DNA of 61,397 nt, filler included. It is 6 parts of 6 records of this genome, joined end to end, with 100 filler letters (N's around TTAATTAATTAA, not from the genome) between each part and the next. Parts side by side here need not be neighbours in the genome. Positions count along the whole stretch, not along the records: positions 1 to 17,128 come from SRR2962707_975; 5 more parts are not named here. One strand, 5' to 3'. The position numbers were made by a program, and so were the translations under genes. This document shows positions 1-12,100 of the stretch, one piece after another. The notes below the pieces were generated by a model. It ran no database searches. It was given only the letters and a program-made list of their open reading frames with translations, and had not been told where the DNA came from. Positions within the stretch are counted from its first letter, which is position 1, and every line of letters starts with the position of its first letter.

Positions 1-28
1 ATGATGATGATGATGATGATGATGATGA
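1..28 (+). repeat. (GAT)n microsatellite at contig start, read as poly-Asp in the first gene
   Basis: gat x8 from position 3, in frame with ORF 60..689 (DDDDDDDDEFADPDIAYWELLQ). Confidence 0.85.
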
Positions 29-3012
29 ATTCGCCGATCCTGACATTGCCTACTGGGAGTTGCTGCAGGCCCGTGCACGCCGCAAAGCGGCCCGAGATCT
101 CGAGAGGAGCACTGCCCTCGAGCACGACCTGGATCATCTCAACACGCTGAACTCTGCCGGAGGCTACGTGTCGCGGCACAACCCTCCGTCCTACTTTGAT
201 GAGCTGAAGGAGCGCAAGGCCTACGTGCCGGGCGTTGGAACTTACCGGTATTCCAGCAATGGCAGCGGCAGTGGCAGAATGGGCAAGGGGCACAGGAGTG
301 CCAGTGCCCCCGCCCACCGCTCAACAGCGTCGTACGGGACAACAACAAGGAGCAAAGGAATGCTCCGCAATGGAACTGCCAGCAGAGATTTGTGGGGAGC
401 GGAGGAGAGGCGCGCGAAGGCAGTGCCTGGCGTCGGCCGCTATAATCATGCACGGAGCTCTTTAAGCCAACGCTCGCTGCCGCTTGCTCAGTCTCGGGCG
501 AGCAGCGCGGGACTGGCGCGGCTCAAGCACCAGCAATCAGTGCCGGGACCTGGACGGTGCGTTGAGTTGGCTGCTTTGGTGTTGCGTTTTGAGAGACGGC
601 CATTGAATTCTGTCGAATTGTTGCAAGGCCCTGTCTTCGCCCTGCCAATGCACCCGTTGATTCCACCACTGGAAGAAGCAGCGAAGTAGCAGCACGCACC
701 ACGTAAAAATCACGCCGGCCTTTATTTTGTTGATATGGTGGTCCTGCAGATATTTCATTTCAGGGGACATATCCAGCGTCAAGATTGGACCTGTTTTGAG
801 TTCAGCCACTCGTGGTAAAAATGAATTCGACCTCGCGATGGAGCGCTCGTTGGAGCTTCCAGCGCCGGACACGTATACGCTGCCGCAGATGGGCGTGGGG
901 ATCAAAGGTGGTGTCATCAGTACTGCTGTCCCGCCTCGCTCCATGGACTTGGCCGAAGCGCACGGAAAGAAATCTCCTGGGCCCGGGTGGGTGTTTGCTT
1001 GGATGTTGTTTGCAGTTGTGTCCGTGGCATCGATGCTGATCAAGAACTCTGCTTTTAGGCACTACACGCCACAGCAAGGGGGAGTGGGAGTTGGCATTCG
1101 TGGTGGTAAAATCAGCGAAGCAAAGCCACAATCGGATGTGGACGTACTCCAGCGCCGCGCAAAAGATATCCCGGGCCCCGGACAGTTAGTGCCAGTTCAG
1201 TTGCGCTGCTTGGTCGGTTTCCTTCGTGGCTGCAGCGTCCAACACCCGAATAATCTGTGATTGGTGTTTGCTTTCCATTGGGCTTTGCAGCTATCAGCTT
1301 CCTGCATCTCTACGAAACAATGGCGGAGTCGTGAGTGAGTCGAAAATTCCCGAATTGTTCAAAGATGACGTGCGGAAAGCTCGTGAGGGACCGAGTCCCG
1401 GAACCTATGCGGATGGCTTGCTCAAAACTTCTCTGAGCCCGACCGGAGGTGCTCTTTCCCGTGCAAGACTCAAACGGTATGCAGCTGCAATGGTGACTTG
1501 GATAAGTTTTGCATGGATACCCTTACGCTCCGCGTAACGGTTGGCTTTATCTGTGCAAATAGATATTATGAGGATGAGATCGAGCGTTCAAGGGCTGTCC
1601 CTGGGCCTGGAGGCAGTTCCAAAGTGGGGTCAACGCTTAATCACAGTGGTGGGATAATTTCCACAGCAAGGCCAAAGAGTGATGTCGAGTGGCGCATCCA
1701 CAGAGCAAAGCAGCTTCCAGGTCCAAAATATACCATCACCAACCCAGACACACAAAGGATGGAAAAAGTGTTCAAAGATGCTCAAGAGTTGTACAGACGA
1801 GAGTACGTTTGATGTTTTTCTGTGCAATCGAAGCACTCAACTCTCGGTCTTCCGGCTCTGAACATTGAATTCTTCCTTGATGTGTCAGACACGGCGGCCA
1901 GGATCCATACAAAGCCCGTGTGGTGGCACGCACGGCAGGAGTTCCCGCACATGAACGCTTGTACGAACAGGCAGCCCCACAACGCAGGGAGGCCAAAAAG
2001 AAGCGAGCTTTGCGTTCAGCATCGGCGGTGAGCAACAATGTAGTTTTGCCAATCACTCAACGTTTCCACGACGACCGACTGTCTTTTTTCCACCTTGTTG
2101 AAGTTTCGACCGCTCGATGCTGTTGTTTCAAGGCTCGTCGATACGAAAACAGGGCGAAGCTTTACGCATACTCGGACAAGTATCGGCATGAGACGATTGC
2201 CAAGGTAAGCTTTTCCTTGCCACTTTCAGCGTCTGCACGGTGTTTGAATTACCACAACTTCACCAAGAATTTATGCGTTTTCGAAAGACGAAAGAACGCT
2301 ACGGCAACGAGACAGCAATGCTTCTTCTGCTTGAAGATGACGATGCCATGGTTGACGAAGCGACTCGCCGCCGCTACGTGCGACCTCAAAACAGTAACTA
2401 CCTTCTCCTCCGTGACCCGGTGGAGGATGCTGGTGAGGCTTTGGTGGAGCGCTCGATGCCCGTTGATGATCAAGGCAACAACGCTGGTCTCGAAAACATG
2501 CTGGTGGTAGCGCATGGCCTTGAAAGGTATGCTGCATTGCTAGAACCAAAGCATTTCCGTTTTTTTCGTCTGCCCCAAATCTGATTCTGGTTTTGTAAAT
2601 CGCATTGGTGTCTCGCGAATAGTCAAGGAAGGTTGCTAGATGCTGTGGAAGTTTACACGACAGCGCTGGAAATGGTGCCGATAATCACCTCAACCAAGGA
2701 AAAGATTCTCCTGTCACGAGCAGTGACTCTTTCAAACTTGGGGAAACCGAAAACGGTATGCTATTTGTTTCAGCGCTCGCTTGTGAGAAGTATGTTGAAA
2801 AAGCATGTTTGGTGTTGGTTGCTTTATGAATTCGTCGCTGTGCTTGCCTGATTTCATAGGCGTTGCAGTCGGTCGTCAAGTGCCTTGAAGTCAACTCTCG
2901 CAATACGAAGGCGTGGTATCGCAAGGGTCTTCTTCTACAAGAGCTGGGGCGCTCCGACGAAGCTCAAGAATGCTTCGACCGCATGAGTTCAATTTCGCTG
3001 GGTGCTGATTAA
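3..3012 (+). CDS. 5'-truncated 10-exon gene: SHIPPO-1/ODF3-like PGPG-repeat ciliary protein with C-terminal TPR repeats (>=692 aa)
   Basis: Manual GT-AG model with exons <3-556, 750-986, 1059-1184, 1291-1476, 1563-1802, 1889-2027, 2133-2204, 2288-2526, 2623-2755, 2860-3012; total 2079 nt, open to TAA at 3010-3012. Repeats include VPGVGTY, VPGVGRY, VPGPGRY, SPGPGHY, IPGPGHY, PSPGTY, LPGPKY. TPR-like tail: GRLLDAVEVYTTALEM...KAWYRKGLLLQELGRSDEAQECFDR. Confidence 0.72.
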
Positions 3013-3126
3013 AGCAGCGCGTGGAGCAGCACGCCAATCGAGTACAGGACGCAGCATCAAAAAGCAGCAGGAAAAGACTAAGTTATTACTATTATTTTCA
3101 AAACCATCTCAAGACACACTGAGTGC

Positions 3127-6100
3127 TCAAGAATCAATGTTGAGGCACAGAGAAACCCCTTGGAGCACCCAATGACTACTGTGTCGCTTACTGCGAATGT
3201 CTGCGTCAAATACTAAGCCGACCCCCATGGCATTGCGGCGGTCTTGCGTCACATACACTGGGGTTTTAAAAGTACCTTGGAGTTTGAGCGCGCGCACCTC
3301 AATTGGAATAATCTGCAGGATCGGAAGCTGCACCACGAGAACCTTGGGATCTTGCTCCTTAAGGCACTGATTCTCCATATCCCAGGCAGCCCCTTCCAGA
3401 TAGAGACCGGACACGTATGTGCCGTATGCCATCGGCGATTCGATCTCCGATTCTTCTGTGAAAACGCTCACGTTGGTGTACATCACGGACTTGTCCAACG
3501 ACCAGTTGCGAGCACGGCACGTAACCTGGACCAATGCGGCAAGATAGCTCTCTGGGATGTGAAGCCCAGCAAGCCACATAACAATCGGCTCCCCATCCGC
3601 CATCCAAGCATCAAACTGACGCTGGCGGTGCTGGTAGTGAAGCATCCACGAGCCAAGCGGTTTCTCTGTCTTCGGGGCTTTCCGAGCCCACATGGCGGGG
3701 AGATAGCCGTTGAACAGCGACACTCCGAGCAAGTCCAGGCTCTCAGACATGCCAATTTCACCAACAAGCGCACGTTTGAGGTCCACCAACGACGTCAACA
3801 TGACTTGGTTTAAAATATTCCACCGCTCCAGTTCCTGCAACAGCACAATTTGAAGTGGTGTTGGCTTGCCATATTTTTTACGCTCAACGAGCAGATCTAT
3901 CTGTTCAGGAATTTTCGTCAAAATATCTTCTGCAATGCCAGCGATGTAGTCAGAACGAGAGATCCCACTTCCGCCACCACCAGTGCGTGGTTGCAGCTCA
4001 TTCAGGTTGCGCCACATTTCCTTGACTGCCAGCGTGAAGTAACCAATCTCCGCGTTCGTGTGCAGTCCAAACACGGCGGGTGAATTGGTGAGTGGCAATG
4101 TTTCAATCTCCGCTTGGTAGACCTTGGCCTTTTGTCCAAGCTCAGGGTCTGGCATCTTGTATTGAAAGCCAACTTCAGAAAAAAAGAATTGCTGGAAATC
4201 ATCAAACAAAAAGTCTCCAAAGTATTCGTGCATGTATGTTTGCAGCACACGGCGATCATAGTCATCAGACACTCGGCCGCCATACATCGCGTCACCAATG
4301 AGGTACTTGATGGAGCCCCACGGAATCTGCTCATCACCATTGACGTATGCCTTTTCCAGGTACAACCCGAGGAGGCGTCGGGAAATATTGAAATCTGACA
4401 TGTTGTAGTCGTACGCCACATTCCAGCCAATCTTTCCGTACTTGCGGCGCTCGATGACCACAGCATGCAGGAACGCCAGCACATACACCAGCGGTGCGTA
4501 TGCAGGATGAGGAATTTCCTCGAGCATATGGTCGTCGATCTTGCTAAAGGTATTGCGCATGTTCTGTTTCAATCCATCCGGTGGCTCAGTGACGACTTTC
4601 AGCGAACGTTGCAAGATGCCCATCGGAAACTTATCCGTGGGGTCTGTGGTGAGCCACAATCGGAAGTCTTCGTGTGGGTTCTTCATTGTAATCAGGATAG
4701 TCTCAAGCGAGCTGAGCCACGACAACAACAAGTGGCAGTTCTGCAGCAGGACCCAGTGCCCACGTTGGATGCCAGTGTCAAGCATGGCTGCTGCTAATGG
4801 GCCTTGACCCTGGCCTAAAGCCATGAATTTGAATTTCAAGCCCGTCATACCGTGGTCTACAGCTAACCCTTGAATCGCAGAGTCAGGATCAGCACCAGGA
4901 CTTAGAATGAACACCACAGGTACTCCTGCAGTTGACTGCTGATAGATGTTCTCGTAGTCCAGTACCGGTGGTTGGACATACTTTTCCCCCAAGCGCCAGA
5001 TTACAAAGCGCTTCACAGCGTTGTAGGTCCGGTCTTGGCGGAAACATCTGTACACGAGCAGTTGCTCAAACTGCCCAAGCGACTGCGAGTATCCCATCGG
5101 CATGTCCACTGTCTCCGGAGCTTCAAGGTCATACCAGGCACGCCACGCGTCGCCATTTCCAACCAGATCAGTGATGATGTTGGAAAATGATTCGTTGAGA
5201 GTCTGAAGCTTCAGCAGGTCTTTCCACCCACCGTCAGAGAGCCAGTCAAATGGCTTGCCCTGCTCGGGTTGCTCGAGCGAAGTGTCTCCTTTCAAAAAGA
5301 AGTTGAGCGCTTCACGGTCAAGCTCGTCCTCGCCTTCCATGATCATGCAAGTCATCTGGAACGAGAACATGAGCTTATGCTTTTCGAACACACCGGTGCA
5401 TGCATAATCGTAAACCATGTCTGTCGCCTTGTCGATGATGTACACCAAGCGCTGCTCCACCATGTTGTCCTTCTTGCTCTTTGCAAGAGCCTGCACAAAT
5501 ACGACGAGGAATGACGCCAACGACGTCTCGTACATCTTGTTAATGGTGCTGAGTCCCGACAGTGCAAAGAAGAGAATTGAACCACGTTTCGCGGCAGACG
5601 TGTAGCTCTTTCGGGTGTTGTCGATTTCAACGGCTGTGAACTTTGCTTGATCAAGTTTGGCACTAACCTCAAGACTCTTCGTTTTGGTTTCTTCAAGAGT
5701 GGCAATGAGTTTCGTATCTGAAAGAATGTCCCCAGACGAGTTGGCAAGGTTATGCAAGAGCGAGTCTTCGAGCTTCACGAGAATCTGCGTGTTCTCGGAC
5801 ATCGACGTGACAAGTTCTTTGTAGCTCTTTTCTAAATCGGGGCGTTCGTGGCCCACAACAACATTGAGGAGCTGATTTTGCAGACCAAGCTGGGTTACGG
5901 AGTAGTTGATGATCATCGTTTTCCCCATCACCTCGGGGCTGTAATGTGGATTGGCCAACTTTGTGGTCATGAAAAGGCGGAATGATTTGTCCCATGGAAT
6001 AACACTGTCGCCCAACTTGACCATCTCCTGGTTGTTCTCCAAAAACGTCAAGCGTTCAAGAATCGGGTCAATCATGGGATCAATCTCTTCATCTAAATCT

Positions 6101-9100
6101 TCAAAGAGATAAGGCTTGCCGTACTGGATTGCCAGCTCAAGGTGACGAATGAAATTGGGGTTGGAGAAATTTTGGACGACTAACTCAGCACCTTCCTTAT
6201 TTTTGATCCAATTGACAGCTTGTTCCTGTGGATCCACGCACAGCGGAAACCGCGAGGACTGGCCTGTTAGCATACCATTTTGCACTGACTGGTTGTCTGC
6301 CGGAAGGCCCTCGCCCACCCACTTCTGGATCTCAGCATCAGAGCTAAGCAGATTCTTGAGTTCCAAAGGCTGGGAGAGTGGCACTTTGCGCTGAAGGAGA
6401 TCAGCTTTCCACCGTGCGAGCAAGTCTTCACGATAACCGCTCGTGAAAGCCCCAAGGTACGACAGGAAGGACGCAGCCATCAATGCGTCACCAATGAGCA
6501 GGTCCATTTGTTTCGCCAACAATACCTTATCATTCGTCCAGCGTACACGCTCGCCACCAAGACCAGCAATGAGACGCGATGCAGCATTTAGACGCTTTTC
6601 CATCGACGAGGCTTCGGCTTTAAGCTCATTGAGCTGGTTCTGGTTAAAATCAAGGTCTTTCTGGAGCGTGTCGATCTCGGCAGCCAGCTCCCCAAGCAAC
6701 TTCTTGATGGCGCTGAGCTCTTTCTCGGACTGCACTTGCTGGCGCATCATTTCTTTCACTTTGATACGAAGAGGTTCAACGTTTTTGGCGACACCATGGT
6801 ACTTGTAGATGGCGAGCACCCACATTAGCAACCCTGCACCAGCTACGGAGATGGAACCCATACGTTCCATGTTCATGTCCGGGTGCTTGAGATGCTTCGC
6901 GACTGCTTTGATCTGAGATTCTTTGATGTTGTCTTTGTCGAATTCCATCAGCTGCTGCAGGAACGCCATGTTGCTAAGCATGGTCTTACAGCCTTTCCAG
7001 TCGGCTGTCAGCTTGGGGCCCGGGTACGGTTTCAAAATCAGCACACACAGCATTACAGCTTGCACGCCCGGAGGCGGCTTCGCGAAGGCCTTGATCTCAG
7101 TAATGTCCTTTTTGTCAAGGTTGTCGAGCGCCTTTGCAGCTGCATCGAGAGCAGGAATGGCTTCTTGCAACGCAGCTTGGGCTTTAGCATTCTCCTCAGC
7201 AATGACAGCGGATGCGACGTTTAACTCTTCTTCTTTCTTTGTCGCCGACTCCTGTTGCTCGCTGGCGGTTTGTTTCTTGACCGTGATTTCGCTGATCATC
7301 GCCTGCACATCCTTAGTTTTCGCGTCAACGATCACCTTCTTTTTCTCCAGCTCCGCCGACATCTTCTCCACAGCGGTTGCCGCACCAATGAGCTTGGTAA
7401 GACCCCCCTCCAGGCGCTTTTCGGAGCGTGAAATACGTTTGCGGTTCAGCATGAGCTGCTTGTCGTAGTTCATGATGTAATCAAGATAGTTCTTTGGGGT
7501 AACGTAGTAGAATCGGCGCAGCTCTTCCTGAAAGCGCTTTGCAGCATCCACGACATCCAGTTGCACCATCACCATGTGCTGGTAAATTTGAGGACGGATC
7601 TCATCCGGGATGCTGGTCTCGGCAAGGAAGTGTGTGGCAACTTGTTCAAGAGCATCACGCGGCCACGAAAAGTACCAGTCCACCACGCATGCGCTAACGA
7701 GCCCAGGGAAATTGCGGCATCGCTGTCGCAGTGTCTCCCCAGACGGTGACATGGCAAGCACAATGTGCAAGTGGTCTCGGCATTTCTCGACAAAGTATTT
7801 CCAGCAATTGAGGCTGGTGTCGACAATACCTTGCGCCTTGACCTCCGCACGAATTCCGTTGATAATAGCATCCTTTTCATCCGTCTCGAACAAGGCAGGT
7901 ACCATGCCAGTTGTGAGCATGTTATTCACCGACTCAAGGAACCCTTCCTGAACCACATGTGCATCCGTGAAAAGGAAGGTCGTGGGTTTGTGGCCGAGCT
8001 GATTGTACAACAGCTTTAGATCCTCGCGGAACTCTGTTTCTCCATAGCCGCGGCAGAGGTTTACAGTGAAGAGTTCATAACCAGCGCAGTAGGTGGCAAG
8101 GTATGTCAGCGACTGCTTGCCGGACCCTCCTACACCGACCAACAGAGCGTTTCCGCGTGGGTTGCGAATCACACGATGCAGGCGAGTAAGATGTTCCAAC
8201 GCATCTTCGAACAAAACAAGATTCATGGTTTTGTTGTCTTCCCCGTTGTAGAGTTGCAGCACCTCATCCAAGATTGATCGAATGGACTTGTAATCACCAA
8301 GTTCTTGGTACAGGCGAGGGTCTTCGCGATCCTCACCCAAGCGACCCACAGCTTCGGCAAAGTCTCCAAAAATAATCGGCCGGACCTCGGCAGCAGCTTT
8401 CTCGTTGGAAAACTCGGCGCTGAGAATCGTCGTCAGCTTGTCGTCAAACACCTTCTGGTCGTCGGCGCTGATCAGTCGGTCACGGAAAACACGCATGACT
8501 TCATTGACCCACATCCGCACAAAGTACTTTGAGTCCGGCACAACGTCCGGAGTTGATAGGCACAATCCCTCGAAAATTCGACCAAGGTCGCGCAGGTTGA
8601 AAATGTAGTGGAACTTCGAAGGGGTCGGTGGCAATGTCGCGAGCAAGTAGTTAAAGATCTCCAGCGTTGCTGGGGTAATTTTTTTCGAAACGTCACGGAC
8701 ACCCGGAGTGAAATCGTTCTCCGTGTGGGTTTCGATGATGGCACTGTAGATTGCTTGAAGAACATCTTCGGTTGGACTCGTAAGATTGTAGATCGCGAAC
8801 TGCATGGCCATGCGCGGATCGATTGCATTGCGACCACCGCCAGGAGGAGCCATCGCAGCATAGTAAACAACATCTTTGAAAGTACGAAGCTCCAAGTCAG
8901 CATCTCTCGAGTACATTGAGTTGTGAGCAATCAAGAACAGGAGGAAGGCCACTGGCTGCTGCGTGCCATACGCGTCAATCCGAGGCATACTCATGTCATC
9001 AATGAACACGTACAACTTCTTCCCAGTTGGCGGGCCATACACACGAGCTGTCCGCTTGTCGGTCGCGTCGTCAATCGACACGTAGACGTCCTGTGCAGTT

Positions 9101-12100
9101 GTCTTCGAGGAGAAGTTGAGCGTCAACAGCAAAGAAGTTTCTGGGTTCAGCTTTTCTAGGTAATTGTTGATGGTCACTGTTTTGGCGGTGCCAGACTCAC
9201 CCACAAACAGGGTTGGCTTCGCAACAATTGTCATCTTCGCCAACAAGTCTGTGTAGATTACGTTGTCCACAGTTGGAACCATAACCTTGTAGAACAAGAA
9301 TGGAGAAGGTGCCTCGTATTTAGTCACCTGGGTGCTCCACTCTACCCACATTGAGTTCTCGATGTCGAAGAAGGAGCGGTACACGGAGCCACCTGGCATT
9401 GCGCACGAGGCAATGGATTTGAAAAATTCATCAAAAATCGGACGGGATTCCTCGTCCAGAACCGCACCGATTGACCAGATGCATGCATACACAAAGAGCC
9501 CCTCGATCGTATCTTGGTCCTTAGTGGGAAGAGCATTGTTGTTGTTGTCAACCGCCGGGAGATTAGCATCGATTACGCTGCACAGCTGTGAAACAAGCTG
9601 AATGTCTGGCATTGGAACAACCTGGCCCAGACGCTTGCGCACAATTTCTCCGTCCACAATGCCTTCAAGTACGAACGAGAGCAGCTTCGGCACGTAACGT
9701 TCGTACAGCTCCAACAAAGTTTCCATCTCTTCAGGGCGCTCAGCTAAAACACACCGGTCCTTAACCCAACGCAGGAAGAATGGACGACACCCTAAGTCTT
9801 TTGGATCGACCCACACAACACCACATCGAGATATAGTCGCTGGCGATGCATACTGTAAGTCAAATGTCTCGACAATCATGCAAGCGTGTCCGAGAAGTCG
9901 AATTCGCTCACCATTGGGCAAGGTTAGTGTACGATTGTCGTCCATCACCGAGTTCATGTTCTCGATCCAAAGCGCGTCAACATCTCCGTCGTAAATGAGC
10001 CACTTGAGATCCTTTTCGTGTCCAGGGGTCAATGGCTGATTCATGGACCGGAACAGTTTCGACAGAGCACCATCCGTCCAATCACGGGTAACTGGATCAA
10101 GGTAACCATAAAGTTGCAATACGGTTTGCGCCTTCGGGTTCAACGTGTACATCTTGACGGTGTTGCCGAAAGTCAAAAACATGCCGCGCGCCAACGCATT
10201 AAGCACGACGGTTTTTCCACCACCGGTTGGACCGACAACGATTGACGTGTGACGCACAAGCATTGTCTCGTACAGCTGCACAGTTTTGTCCACCTGCTGA
10301 GCAAACTTCACCTCTTCGTCATGGTGATAATTCTTCGAATCCATGAACTCAACGATATTTCGCCCAAGTTCTTCATAAGCCACTCGCGGGCAGTCGAGCC
10401 CGGGAAACAAATCCTGAATGAGGTCCAAGAACAGAGGGACATCCTCAAAAACGAATTTGGGCATGTTGGCGTCTCGGAGGGCGCGCATCAGCACCATATC
10501 CTCGGCCATGTTTGAGAATTCGCGCTTCAGAGAACCAGCCATGACAAGTACCGACTTGAGGGCGCGGAGACCAAAATCGTAGTGATACTGCTTGGACAGC
10601 TGGCCCTCACCAAGTGAGTAAAGCGTCGTCATCTTCTTTGCCAGTACGCGCGCACCCTCAAAACCCTCAGAGAACAACCAAATCTCGCAAATCTGAAGCA
10701 GATCAGGCCGAATCATGGTGACTGGGCGGAACAAGGATTTAATTGAGTCGGGTAGCTCTGTGCGGCCTGCGTATCCTGGATTCATCGTGATGAAGATGCC
10801 CGTCTTGTCATTGATCTTGATTTCGTAGCCGATGCCGATGTCCACAGTGACACGGTTGAGGTTCAGTGCATTTTGAATTGAACGCAGCTGCGCCGAAACC
10901 ACGGAGATGACTTCGATGTTGATTCGATTAAATTCGTCGAAACATCCCCACGCTCCGATTTGAACGAGACCGGCAAAAATCGCCCCCATGGCTTGGTAGT
11001 CGAGCCCTTCACCACAGCAGGTAACAAAACACGGAATGGCCATTCCTTTTGCCAGGTCCTTCACAGTCTCGGTCTTCCCGGTCCCTGCAGGTCCAGCGGG
11101 GGAGCAGCCCAACTTGAACGTCAGTGCCTGTGTAATGGTCATGTAACAGCGATCGGTCAGGGGCGTGATGACCAGGCGCCCATTGAGGCCTTGGTACTCG
11201 TAGCCGTACCGGAATTTACCGGTGCACTGCCGGATCAACAAGTCGTCAATCTGTTTGTCCCAGTAGAAGCGAAGCTGGGATTCCCACGCAAACTCGCGGT
11301 CGTCGAGGATGGAGTCACGTACAAAAGTATCGACAATATCACGCGCGTGAACATCCAAGATGAGAAGACAGTTGATTTTTTTGCGAAGCTGCTTTTTCAT
11401 CGGTAAGCGGACACGCGCCACCATGGTATTCAGCTGGTCCGTCTGTTCAACGGCATATGTCTGCATTGCATATTTGTCGCCACCGCGAACTTTGCGGAAC
11501 ACGTCCTCAACTTGCCACGTCCACCATGTCTGTGAGCCACAGCACGTCACCATGCCGAGCTCTTGCTCCACCCATGAAAGCCGATCCAGGTTGGCATATT
11601 CGAAAACTCCCTTTTTACAGATGGTCCACAAAGAAGAGTGCATTTCCTCGTCAACCCCCGTCATCCACGTCTCAACCGCGCCTTCGACGGGTGCAACGTT
11701 GTCAAAATCGTACGTCTCACCTTCCGAAGAAATCATGCCACCAACACCCCGTTTACCACGCACAAATTTGTACCGTTCACAATTGGTGAACAATTTCAGC
11801 AAATGCTGCTGAATTGATTCTGGGTCTGACGTTCCCAGCACACTCAGCAACTCGTCGTCAGAGATGAAGAAGAAGCGCGGGAAAGCGTTTCGTTTCGTCT
11901 CCAGGTACTCGGACAACGACTTTTGGCAGCCCTCGAGGCGTTCCGACAAGTTGGTGAGCACACCAAGCCGGTTGTCAGTAGAGCAGGCAGCTGTGCACAG
12001 TGAGTTCTTCACGCAGCTCGCCATAATGTCCTTGAAACCTTTGTCGATTTTATCGAAGTTCTTGGCGACCTCCGGCAGCTGAAGTCGAATGTCGGCAGAG

